In this document: piece by piece, positions 1-9,200 of the stretch
Position numbering within the stretch: the stretch's first letter is position 1
Layout of the letters: every line of letters begins with the position of its first letter
Source: a virus
Virus record (IMG/VR): IMGVR_UViG_3300037760_000179
Coordinates: 29,708 to 93,707 of that record
Strand: one strand, 5' to 3'
DNA: 64,000 nucleotides
Made by a program: the position numbers and the translations under genes
The notes under the pieces: model-generated
What the model was told of the DNA's origin: nothing
Database searches by the model: none
The model's input: the letters and a program-made list of their open reading frames with translations, nothing else

Positions 1-289
1 GACGGACCTTCCCGACGTACAGGCACAGAGGCGAACCGTCCGGGACATGCTGCAACGCCTGCTCGATGCCGGCGACCAGGTCTCGGCAGGGGATCGCATC
101 ATCCTGGACAACCAGGCCGTGCGACGTGGTCCGGTCTATCGCCTGCCAGGCCCGGCGGCCGGTGTCCCACCGGTCGCCCTTGCGGTCCCACACCACCTCG
201 GCTGGCCGGTCCAGCCAGCCGAGCAGCTCCTCCACCATCGCCGCCCGGCGGGGATCGGCCATCACCACCACGGAAACGGTCGGGGTCAA
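1..289 (-). CDS. Putative glycosyltransferase (GT-A fold), truncated by window edge
   Basis: Read manually: TTG start at 289 overlaps the upstream stop. Translation MTPTVSVVVMADPRR...HGLVVQDDAIPCRDL carries a hydrophobic-xDD motif like actinophage glycosyltransferases. Confidence 0.65.
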   Translation of the reverse strand, partial: MTPTVSVVVMADPRRAAMVEELLGWLDRPAEVVWDRKGDRWDTGRRAWQAIDRTTSHGLVVQDDAIPCRDLVAGIEQALQHVPDGSPLCLYVGKVR

Positions 290-912
290 CGCGGGTCCCA
301 CCGCTGCTGGTGCCAGCGGAACCGGCGTACCCTGCGGTAGCCGAGCGGTTCCAGGAGCTTGCCGGTGGCGTCGCTGTACGTGTCGTCCCAGGCTTCGGCG
401 TAGATCGTCGGCCGGCAGCGTTCGATGGTGGCCAGGCCGCCGCGGATGACCGCCGGTTCCATGCCCTCCACGTCGATCTTCACCAGGGTCACGTCGGTGA
501 GCTGGTAGCTGTCGAGGGTGCGCACCTCCACGGCACCGGCGGCGGCGGGGTTGAGACGGCCCTTCGACAGCTGCTTCGCGGTGCCCGCCGCCGCGCCCAG
601 CGCCACCGGATGCACCCGCACCCGCCCGCCGAACCCGTTCAGCGCGACGTTGGCGCGCATCTTGGCCAGCTGCTCCTCGCGCGGCTCGAACGCCTCCACC
701 CGCAGCCCACACACCGCCGCCAACCACAGCGTGTGGTTGCCGATGTTGGCGCCCACGTCGACCGCCGTACCGGCCAGGTCGAGTGCGGCCATGTCGGCCA
801 GCACGTCCACCTCGTACGGCTGCCCGCCGCGGATCATCTTCGCGATGCGGCCGCCGCCGCCCGGGTCGTGGATGCGGTAACGCGCGCCGACCGGTCCGAG
901 TTCGATCACCAT
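286..912 (-). CDS. FkbM-family SAM-dependent methyltransferase
   Basis: VDVGANIGNHT, AFEP and LVKIDVEGME motifs. Confidence 0.9.
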   Translation of the reverse strand: MVIELGPVGARYRIHDPGGGGRIAKMIRGGQPYEVDVLADMAALDLAGTAVDVGANIGNHTLWLAAVCGLRVEAFEPREEQLAKMRANVALNGFGGRVRVHPVALGAAAGTAKQLSKGRLNPAAAGAVEVRTLDSYQLTDVTLVKIDVEGMEPAVIRGGLATIERCRPTIYAEAWDDTYSDATGKLLEPLGYRRVRRFRWHQQRWDPR

Positions 913-1448
913 CGGCGCCTCCTGCGGTTGTGGCGGATCTCCAGCTCGGCGTGGGCGGCCCGCAGGTCACCCTGGGCGCCGATCCGCTGCCACATGTCGT
1001 CGAATCCCGGCCGCAGGTCCGGCAGCGACGCCTGGACCACCTTGGATTTGCCGCGCAGGAACAGGGCGATGTTGTCCTCGACCGTCTCCACGCACAGCTC
1101 CGCCAGCCCGTGCCAGTCCTGCTGCGGGGGACGTTGCAGGATGCCCCGGTCCATCGCCCGCAGCAGGCTCGCCCCGTCCCGCCAGCGGACCTGCATGGAG
1201 GCGACGACCTGCCCGCGGGGCCTGGTCAGGTGCACGTACAGCGGCTCGTCGCCGTAGAGCCGGTCCAGGGTGCCGAGGAACCAGCTGAGCCGGTTGGCGA
1301 CCTCGATGTGCCCGTCCGGGAACTGGCAGCGGCCTTCGGTGAGGTGGCAGCGGGACTCGTGCGCCGAGGTGTAGTTGGTGATGTGCCCGCAGGCACGGGC
1401 GAAGGTTGTCGAGCCGGTCTTGCCCGTGGTGAGCACGAAAACCCTCAC
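906..1448 (-). CDS. Sulfotransferase-like P-loop protein
   Basis: N-terminal VFVLTTGKTGSTT, HE motif, VHLTR..VVAS; located in a glycan cluster. Confidence 0.6.
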   Translation of the reverse strand: MRVFVLTTGKTGSTTFARACGHITNYTSAHESRCHLTEGRCQFPDGHIEVANRLSWFLGTLDRLYGDEPLYVHLTRPRGQVVASMQVRWRDGASLLRAMDRGILQRPPQQDWHGLAELCVETVEDNIALFLRGKSKVVQASLPDLRPGFDDMWQRIGAQGDLRAAHAELEIRHNRRRRRW

Positions 1449-1864
1449 GGCGTCGGCCCGAGTCTCCGTTTCAGCTCGGTCGTGGAGATCCCCGCCGTGT
1501 ACGGGATGTACACGGCGGCGATGCCGAGGGCGTCCAGGGTGGCCTGACCCACCTCGATGCGGCCCAGCCAGTCACGCCCGGCGGCCCAGTCGGACCCGAC
1601 CGCCAGAACATCCGGCCGGATCTCGCCGACCAGCCCGCACCCCGGTTCCGTGCTTTCCCGCACCTCGTACCCGAGTGCGGCGATCAGCGCCGCCCGCTCC
1701 CGGTAGGCGAACACCGGCGCGTGGCCGCGGAGACGGAGCACCATGGCGTCGGACCGGACCGCCACGACCACCCGGTCGGCGTGGCGTTCGCAGCGACGCA
1801 GAAACGCCGCGTGCCCGGCGTGAGGGCAATCGAAGGTCCCGAAGGTGAGGAGCACGCTGGTCAC
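1445..1864 (-). CDS. Cytidylyltransferase (TagD/glycerol-3-phosphate CT-like)
   Basis: GTG start at 1864 coupled to the upstream stop; TFGTFD..HAGH (HIGH motif), VGSDW, YTAGISTT. Confidence 0.88.
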   Translation of the reverse strand: MTSVLLTFGTFDCPHAGHAAFLRRCERHADRVVVAVRSDAMVLRLRGHAPVFAYRERAALIAALGYEVRESTEPGCGLVGEIRPDVLAVGSDWAAGRDWLGRIEVGQATLDALGIAAVYIPYTAGISTTELKRRLGPTP

Positions 1865-2997
1865 AGCCGGCGCATGTTCCTCGGGCTGCTGTCCCACTTC
1901 CACTCCCGCTGCGGGGTGAGCCAGCCGGGGCCGTACTGGCACTCCAGGTACTCCTCCGGCGGGGAGGGCATCAGGCAGCGGCGCAGGTAGTAGATCGTCG
2001 GCTGGAGGACATCGAACAGCCGTGCCGGGTAGTCCATGCGCAGCGTCTGCGCCTTGCCGTGCAGCTTGTAGACGGTGCTCCCGTCGCGGTAGTGCGTGTG
2101 AATGTCGATCTTCGTGGTGCCGTGGACCGGCCACATCTGCGAATCGTGGTCGCGGCGGAACTGCCACCCGGCCTTCCGGAACGCCGCCCGGACCCGGTCC
2201 ACGTCAGCCGGCCAGATCCCCAGATCCACGTCGAGGTCCCACGGAATCCACGCCCCGTCGCGGATGTGCCCCAGCAGCACCCCCGAGGTGAGCCACCACC
2301 GCACCCGGGCGCCGTCCAGCACGTCGGCGGCGGCCCGAAACGCGGCCACCTGCTCCCGGGCCGTCCGTTGCCGGGCGGTGTTGTCGTAGTGGTGCGCGAC
2401 GTACGCGCGGCTCAGGTCCGGCGGCTTACCGGCGTCACGGTCCCGGATCGACCGGCCGGCGAACATCCACCACGGATGCACCGTCACATCGGCCGGCTTC
2501 AGCCGCTGGTACTCGCGGTCCACAAGCCGGGTCCCAACCATGTCGTGGATGCGGCCGCCTCGGTTAGTCTCCACGCTGGCCGGCATCACGTCGAGCAGGT
2601 GGGCCAGGAACGGGTGGCCGGCGGTCGCCGCGCACACGGCCTGCGTGATGCCATCGGTGCGGTTCGCCGAGAACGGGAACCACGCGTCGGCGTCTAGCAG
2701 CGGGTCCAGCGGGCGCAGGCACTCGGCGTCGGTGTCGACGTACACCCCGCCGTGCGCGTGCAGCACCTCCAGCCGGGCGACGTCGGCGCGGAACCGGAGC
2801 CAGTCCTTCGGGGCCAGCTCCTCCGCCCGGTCGTACAGGTCCCGGTTGACCATGTCGAGCTGGTCCAGCTCGGCCGGGGTCCACAGCCGGTGCTCCCACC
2901 CGGGATGATGCTCCAGCCAGGTGTCGGCGTTGCGGCGGTACCGGTAGGGGATCGGGTCTTCGCCCGGCCAAACCCGGTGGACGACACGGGAGATCAT
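1861..2997 (-). CDS. DXD glycosyltransferase (GT32/Och1-like) fused to LicD-family phosphotransferase
   Basis: N-half: RADVARLEVL..HGGVYVDTD. C-half: GVLLGHIRDG..IPWDLDVDLG and YG.GW.TP (LicD). Confidence 0.85.
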   Translation of the reverse strand: MISRVVHRVWPGEDPIPYRYRRNADTWLEHHPGWEHRLWTPAELDQLDMVNRDLYDRAEELAPKDWLRFRADVARLEVLHAHGGVYVDTDAECLRPLDPLLDADAWFPFSANRTDGITQAVCAATAGHPFLAHLLDVMPASVETNRGGRIHDMVGTRLVDREYQRLKPADVTVHPWWMFAGRSIRDRDAGKPPDLSRAYVAHHYDNTARQRTAREQVAAFRAAADVLDGARVRWWLTSGVLLGHIRDGAWIPWDLDVDLGIWPADVDRVRAAFRKAGWQFRRDHDSQMWPVHGTTKIDIHTHYRDGSTVYKLHGKAQTLRMDYPARLFDVLQPTIYYLRRCLMPSPPEEYLECQYGPGWLTPQREWKWDSSPRNMRRL

Positions 2998-3677
2998 GCC
3001 GCCGCCCGCGACGCCTCGACCACCAGGCCGGCCAGCGGATGGTCCAGCAGCGCCATGCTCGGGATGATGCAGTGCCCGCCGATCGGGCCAGGCATGTGCC
3101 GCAGCACCGGCTGCACGAACTGGGGCAGGCCCATGGCGATGTAGCCGTCGTTGTAGCTGTGGCGGAACGCCGCGTAGACGACGCCGAAGTCCAAGCCGCG
3201 CTCAGCGCAGTAGGCGTGCACGGCCTTCTCGAACGCGATGGCCTGCGCGTAGGCCGCAAGCTCGAACAGCTTCGCAGCCTCTGTGTCGGCCGCCCGCGGG
3301 TGGGTGGCCACGTCACACCCGGCCACCTCGAACGCCTTCGCCGCCTCGTCGGCGCGCTGCCCGCCGAAGTGCTTCACGAACGTGAGCAGCGACTCGGCCA
3401 GGTCCGGGTGCCGTCCCCGCACCGGGGAATGGACCCAGCCTTCCGGGTCGCACGTGCCCACCGGCACGGTCGAGTGCACCACCACCAGCCCGGCGCCGTG
3501 CCACCGCCGGTACGCCCGCACATCGGCCGCGAACCGGTCGGACCACGGGAAGCAGATGTGCAGCACGTCAGCCTGCACGTCCACCGGGGCCACGTCGCGG
3601 GTGTGCACCGGGTGGGCGCGGGCGAGCACCGCGGCGACAGCAGTGCCCACCTCGCCCGCGCCCACCACCAGGTGCAC
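2994..3677 (-). CDS. UDP-glucose/GDP-mannose dehydrogenase family protein (short form)
   Basis: Rossmann motif VVGAGEVG, HSTVPVGT, EAAKL, catalytic-Cys motif GPIGGHCI. Confidence 0.75.
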   Translation of the reverse strand: MHLVVGAGEVGTAVAAVLARAHPVHTRDVAPVDVQADVLHICFPWSDRFAADVRAYRRWHGAGLVVVHSTVPVGTCDPEGWVHSPVRGRHPDLAESLLTFVKHFGGQRADEAAKAFEVAGCDVATHPRAADTEAAKLFELAAYAQAIAFEKAVHAYCAERGLDFGVVYAAFRHSYNDGYIAMGLPQFVQPVLRHMPGPIGGHCIIPSMALLDHPLAGLVVEASRAAA

Positions 3678-3679
3678 GG

Positions 3680-4228
3680 TCAGCTGTCCAGCCCGTCGAC
3701 CAGCTTCAGCAGCTCCGACTTCTCAGCGGAGGCGGTCTGCTCCCGGCTGTAGCCCTTGAGTACCAGCCACTCGGCGATTACCGACTCGCCGTGCCGGCCG
3801 TTGGGCTTGGACCCGGACTCGATGAGCGCCTGCGCCTTGGCGGTAGCCTCGGCCTGCTTGCGCTCGTCGTCCGGGTCCGCCGCCGCTCCGGTCTCGCCGG
3901 GGTCGGCGATGTCGGGCTCGGTGGTGGTGTCGCCGGGGTCGCCCGGCCCAGGCGGGCCGTCGCCGTCCGCGTCGGGGGCGGGGGCCGCGGTTGGCTCCCC
4001 ACCCCCCGACGCGGGCTCGGCGGTGGTGACCGGTTCGGCCGGGGTCGGCTCGGCGGTGGTCTGCCCGACCAGCGGCACGATGGCGTTGATCGACAGATGG
4101 TGTTCGATCTCCGCCGCCGTGGCCGACGGGGGAACCAGCTGCCCCTTGAACAGCATCTGCCTGCCCATCCGCCCGTCCGGAAGTTGGACGGAGAAGTTGG
4201 CGCAGTGGCCGATCACCTGGTACTGCAT
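3680..4228 (-). CDS. Virion-associated hypothetical protein with Pro/Thr/acidic linker
   Basis: ATG at 4228 with GAAGGAG RBS; immediately downstream of the MCP. Confidence 0.65.
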   Translation of the reverse strand: MQYQVIGHCANFSVQLPDGRMGRQMLFKGQLVPPSATAAEIEHHLSINAIVPLVGQTTAEPTPAEPVTTAEPASGGGEPTAAPAPDADGDGPPGPGDPGDTTTEPDIADPGETGAAADPDDERKQAEATAKAQALIESGSKPNGRHGESVIAEWLVLKGYSREQTASAEKSELLKLVDGLDS

Positions 4229-4257
4229 GCGGGTCGTCTCCTTCTCTAGTCCGGCGG

Positions 4258-5199
4258 TCAGCTGCCGACGGTGCCGGTGATACGGACGGCGGCGGACGGC
4301 TCCAGGACCACCGGGACGGTGATGCGCCGGCCCCACAGGTCCCACCCGTCGCGGCGGGCGATCCGCTCCGTCTGCACCTGAGTGCCGTTGTTGGAGGTGG
4401 CGTAGCCCGGGTCCACGTCGGCCTCGTCCGCCATGCCGCCGAGCTGGGTCCGGTCGAAGATCCACACGTCGTCGGTGGGCAGGTTCGCCACCGCCGTCGA
4501 GATGACCAGGTACTTGCCGATCTGCTCGATATCGGCGCCGTACACCGGGTTCCGCATGGTCTCCCGGCGCCGCAGGTTCGCGATCTTCTCATCCGATGCC
4601 ATCAGCGCGTAGTTGTTGGTGGACATGAGGATCGTGTCCGGCATGAACCCTTCGTTGGTGTCCACGATCACCGCAGCCGCCAACTCGATGTCCCGGTAGA
4701 TCTGCGCGTTCGCGACGCTGTCCCACGTGGCGATCGCCGCCGAGGTGGCGGTCACCGCCGACGCGACCGCCGCGGTGGTGAGCCGGTCGACCTTCCGAAC
4801 GACGGTGTTGACGACCTTCCGCAGGGCGATGTCGACCTCGTCGCCCATCCGCACCGACCGCTTGATCTTCTCGTCGGACAGGAACACCGCCTGGCCCCAC
4901 TTGGACACGGCGGCCAGGTTCGCCACCGGCGCCGAGGGGGTGTCGCGGGGGTACTCGGCCCCCGGCGCAACCGCCTCGATGTCACGCTCGTTGTAGACGG
5001 ACTCGCCGGTCTCGTACAGAACCGCACCGCCGGAGGTCCGCAGCCGGCGGGTCAGAATCTGGTCGGCGACGAACCGGGAGTCTGCGATAGTCCGCAGCCG
5101 CCGGGAGATCCGGTTCGGGCTCTTCAAGAACTGGTGGATGGACACCAACTGCGTGTTGGTGTCGATGGTCGGCGCTGCCGGAGGGTACGACCCGGGCAT
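4258..5199 (-). CDS. Major capsid protein (HK97 fold, actinophage type)
   Basis: 313 aa; EAVAPGAEYP, KWGQ, PDTILM and terminal PVVLEPSAAVRITG; position after protease and decoration genes. Confidence 0.85.
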   Translation of the reverse strand: MPGSYPPAAPTIDTNTQLVSIHQFLKSPNRISRRLRTIADSRFVADQILTRRLRTSGGAVLYETGESVYNERDIEAVAPGAEYPRDTPSAPVANLAAVSKWGQAVFLSDEKIKRSVRMGDEVDIALRKVVNTVVRKVDRLTTAAVASAVTATSAAIATWDSVANAQIYRDIELAAAVIVDTNEGFMPDTILMSTNNYALMASDEKIANLRRRETMRNPVYGADIEQIGKYLVISTAVANLPTDDVWIFDRTQLGGMADEADVDPGYATSNNGTQVQTERIARRDGWDLWGRRITVPVVLEPSAAVRITGTVGS

Positions 5200-5248
5200 T
5201 TTCGATCACTTCCTCGGATTGGGTAGGCCCGGGTGCCCGGGCATGGGA

Positions 5249-5281
5249 AGGCCCCCACCAGGTGCGCCCCGGTGGGGGCCT
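5249..5281 (-). terminator. GC-rich hairpin between decoration gene and MCP
   Basis: AGGCCCCCACC...GGTGGGGGCCT 11-bp perfect inverted repeat, followed by a short TCCC tail on the minus strand. Confidence 0.45.
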
Positions 5282-5338
5282 CGAAGCTCGAAGGAACTAT
5301 GTGGACTGTGCGCGGGTCGCTGGACGGCCAGGGGCGGG

Positions 5339-5701
5339 CTAGAACTCCATCCACTCCGCCAGCGCGGCCGCGTCGGCGGAGGTCAGGAACACGCCCAGCA
5401 GCGGGTCCGAACCGGCGTCGTCGTCGACCGTGCCCGCCGCACCGGCGGACACGCCGGCACCTGCCACGACCGCACCAGCGGTGGTGGTGATGTGGACCTT
5501 CCCCCGGGGGAAGTACGACACCAGCGCACCGATGGCGGCGTCCTGGGCAGCCACGCCGATCACGGTCACGTCGGCAGCGTCAGGGGCCGGGCCGACGGTG
5601 CCGTTGCCGGACACGACCAGCACCTGCCCGCCGGTGATCGCGGCCGAGGCGGTACCGGTGACCGTCTCGCCGTAAAGGAACTTCGGGGCGTAGTCGGCCA
5701 T
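5339..5701 (-). CDS. Head decoration/capsid cement protein (DUF2190-like)
   Basis: 120-aa Ala/Gly-rich protein; ASAAITGGQVL..IGVAAQDAA; between scaffold and MCP. Confidence 0.75.
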   Translation of the reverse strand: MADYAPKFLYGETVTGTASAAITGGQVLVVSGNGTVGPAPDAADVTVIGVAAQDAAIGALVSYFPRGKVHITTTAGAVVAGAGVSAGAAGTVDDDAGSDPLLGVFLTSADAAALAEWMEF

Positions 5702-5703
5702 CG

Positions 5704-6201
5704 CTAGTTCTCCTCCGTGTTGGCGCCGGTCAGGGCCGGCAGCTTGCTGAAGATCCGCTCGTCCTCGTCGGCCTCGGCAGCGGCCACGTCCTGCGGCTCA
5801 CCCACCTTGCCCTTCGGCTCGACCGGAACGACCAGACCCGGCTCCAGGCTGGCCAGCACCTCGCGGGCGCCGTCCGGGTCGGCCTCCCACGCCTTGGCCC
5901 AGTGGTCCCGGCGGGCGGGGGCGATACGCCCGTCGCCGACCGCGGCCTCGATGATGCGGTCCCGGTCCTCGACCCGCTGCCGCTCGGCGGCCTGCGCGCC
6001 CAGTTCGGCCTTGGACCGCAGGTCCTCCAGGGTGGCCGCCTCGATGGTGACCACCCCCTCGGGCAGGCTGGCCGCGACATTGGCCGGCTCCGGCGGCTGC
6101 TCGGCCTTGTCCGCCAGGGCGAGCACGGCAGCATTCACCTCGTCCGGGTCCGCGTCTTCGGCCAGGCCGAGCCGCTCCAGCGCCTCATTGCTCAGAGGCA
6201 T
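5704..6201 (-). CDS. Nested in-frame scaffolding protein (internal start)
   Basis: GAGGAGG RBS upstream of the internal ATG at 6201 (MPLSNEALERLGL); IEAAVGDGRIAPA helical scaffold motif, as in the Mu I/Z arrangement. Confidence 0.7.
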   Translation of the reverse strand: MPLSNEALERLGLAEDADPDEVNAAVLALADKAEQPPEPANVAASLPEGVVTIEAATLEDLRSKAELGAQAAERQRVEDRDRIIEAAVGDGRIAPARRDHWAKAWEADPDGAREVLASLEPGLVVPVEPKGKVGEPQDVAAAEADEDERIFSKLPALTGANTEEN

Positions 6202-9200
6202 GTCATCCTCCTCGGTTGATGGGTTTCCCGGCTCGGCGGCCGGCGTCTTGGTGTGCGGGTCTGCTGCGGAAGCCTGGGTCGTCCGGTCGAAGTCGAGCGA
6301 CTCGAACTTCGCCACCGATGCCGCCAGCCGCAGCACCTCGTCGATCGGCCGGTCTACGACCAGCCCGGTGACGGTCATGTCCGGGCGTGCCCCGGATGCG
6401 CGCACCGCGGCGGCACCGGACCACCGGTGGTGCCCGTCGACCACGTACCCGTCGTTGGAAGTAACCAGCAGCCCGCCGGGTAGCCATCCGTCCTTGGCCA
6501 TGAACCCGTACAGCTTCCCGGTCTTCGCGCCGGAGATCTCCGACTGCGACGGCTTGAGCGTCGTCGGGTCGATCGTCTCCTGCCAGACTTCGACACCCTG
6601 CGCACGCAACAGGTCCAGGAACGGCCGCATCTCCTCCTCGTTGGTGCCGAGCTGCGGCATCTTGGACCGGTCGAGGGCGTCGGTCTTGTCGGTTGCGAAC
6701 AGGGTGCCGTACCCGCCGACATCCAGGCGGGCGAGGTTGGCGCGTTTGGCTTCGTCGCCGCCGCCGGTCAGCGTCTTCAGGAGCCCATCCAGCTCGGTGG
6801 CGTCAATGGATGCGCCCTCGCCGCGGGCCAGGGCGTCGTAGGCGCCGCGGATGGCCCTGTCGCCACCGCTGGCCTTGCCGCCTGGGCGCCGCTGGGCGGT
6901 CCGCCGGAGCAGCTTCCCGTCCGGGCCGTACCGGCGGCCGTGGGTCATCTGGTTGTGGCTGGCGTGCGCCTCCACATCCGGCCGGGACTCGGCGGCCGAC
7001 GCGTACACCATCCGGGACGCGGCCACCCGCTCCGCGTCGTCACCCTGTTCCACGTATTCGACCCGCACCGGCACCGGCGGGCTGAACCGGATCGCGCCGT
7101 CGTCGTCGACGTCGAAGTCGACCCGCGCCACGGTGCCGTCGCCGTCGTTGGCGACGATCAGCCGCCTCGGCTGGGTATGGAACTCGCGAATCCACGCCCG
7201 GTCCGGCGCCTGCGCGTAGTAGGCGGTGCGCACATCATCGACCGACACCGCCGCGGCGGCGTGCACCATCGTCGGGTTCGGGTTCGGCAAGGTCATCTCC
7301 CCCTCGGAGGCGTCCACAGTCCGCCCGTCGTCGTCTTCGTCGTCCGGGTCCGGGTCAACGGCCGGGATGCCGGTGGCGGGCCTGTCGAAGCTGACGGTGG
7401 CAAACCAGCCGGCCAGGAGCTGCTTCTCTTCGGCCCGGCCGACCGCAGCGTCCTCGCCTGCAACGGCGGCAGCGGCGACCCACGCCGGGTCACGCACCCA
7501 GCCGGCAAACACCGTCGGATTGATATAGCTCGATAGAGCCAGGGTGGGGGTGTTGCCAAGCGCGGCAGAGACCTTCTCGGCCACCTCGCGGCGGCGCTGC
7601 TGAAACTCCCGCTTCGTCTTCGGCACGCTCCGCCGCTTCGCCACCTCCCGCAACGCGACCATGTTGGCGTGCACCGTGCGGAGATCCTTGAGCAGGAACC
7701 CCGCTGGCACACCGGTGGAGTGCATGTAGTCGCGGGTGTGGGCCTCGGTGGTGTCGAGCAGCCGGTCGTCACCTGTCCGGGTGGACAACCGCCGCGACAA
7801 CGCGGAGACGATCACCGGGTCGGCGGTCTCCAGCTGGATGTGGACACCCTTCTTGCCGATGAAGTCGAACCGGGCGGTGCCGCCCTCGACGGTGACGTGC
7901 CGGGCCAGCAGCGTGGTCGCCCCGTACGCCTGCTGCGACGCGCCGGTGTCGCGGGTCGACCCCGGCCGCATCCCGAGCCGTCGGATCAGCAGCAACGCCG
8001 CAGCGTCGTCGTTCGTCGCCGCGTCGCGTTCCACCGCATGGTCCAGCTTGTCCAGGTGCTCGTTCAGCTCCCGCACCCGCTGAAACTTGGCCGCCGCCTG
8101 CCCCTGCGTGTGCGCGGTCGAGTAGATCGCCTGCCGGCGGCCCTTGCCGTCGCGGCCGGTCACCAGCAGCGGCGCGTTGTCGAGGTCGTCGGCGAGGTGA
8201 ACGTCGGTCCACGCCGGGGGGATGGACTTGCCGAACCGCTCCCGGAAGCTGCCGATCTCATCCGGTGTGGCCGGGTGCATCAGATCGACCCACCGGCCGT
8301 CGCGGGGGTCACGCGGCTGGTCCGGGTCGAACGCGGCTACGTCACCCGCCGCGGACACCTTGCCCACGTTGCGCCGGTCACCGGGATAGACGCCTGTAAA
8401 CTGCTTGTGGTAGACGCTGCACAGACCCTTCGGGTCCCGGACATACTTCCGGAGCTGCCGTACGCACCGCGTCCAGTCCCCGGGAGTGTTCCACCGGATC
8501 TTCAGGCCGCCTTTGCCGGCGGGGCTCCAGTACCGCCGCAGCGGCGCGTCGGAGCGGGTGATCCGGCGGGACTGCTGCGCCTGCACCTCGACGGCCGGGG
8601 CTGGCATATCGTCGTCGGTCAGACCATCCACGTCCAGGTCCGAGCCCTCACCGGAAAGCGGGGTGTCGACGTTCTCGCCAGCGAACGCGACCCTGATCCG
8701 GTCCATCCTGACCGGCCCGGCCCGGTCGGCGAGGTGGGCCACGTTCATCAGGTCGTCGGAGTAGACCAGCGTCAGGTGCGGCCGGTAGGGGGCGTGCTGT
8801 TCCGGCAGGGCCAGCCCGTGCTGCCTGGCGGCCTCGGCAACAGCGGCCTCGGTCATGCCTTGCACGTCTTCGAGCCCGTCGCCGCCCAGCTCCAGCACGA
8901 TCGCCGTGTCCTTGTCGGCCCGGTGCGGGTTGAACGCGGCCAGAGCCATGCCGTCGACCTCGCCCGGTGGGATCACCTCGGCCAGGTCCCGGACGGCCTC
9001 GACGATCGCCTGCCGCGCGTCGGGCGGGTAGGCGTCGGCGTCACCGAGGAACAGCAGCGTCACGTGCAACTGGTCCTGGTCTTCGCCGCCGTCGGTGGCC
9101 AGCCGTTCGGCGTCGGCGGGTGACGGGAGCAGGGCAACCATCGCCCCCGACTTCACGTCGGACGCGGCAGCAACCTGCACCAGCGGGGGTGCCCCGCTGC

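Noticed and set aside
7290-7310. Second internal start (MTLPNPNP) in the protease polyprotein
   Set aside because: The purine-rich tract abuts the ATG with too little spacing; it cannot be supported without Ribo-seq.
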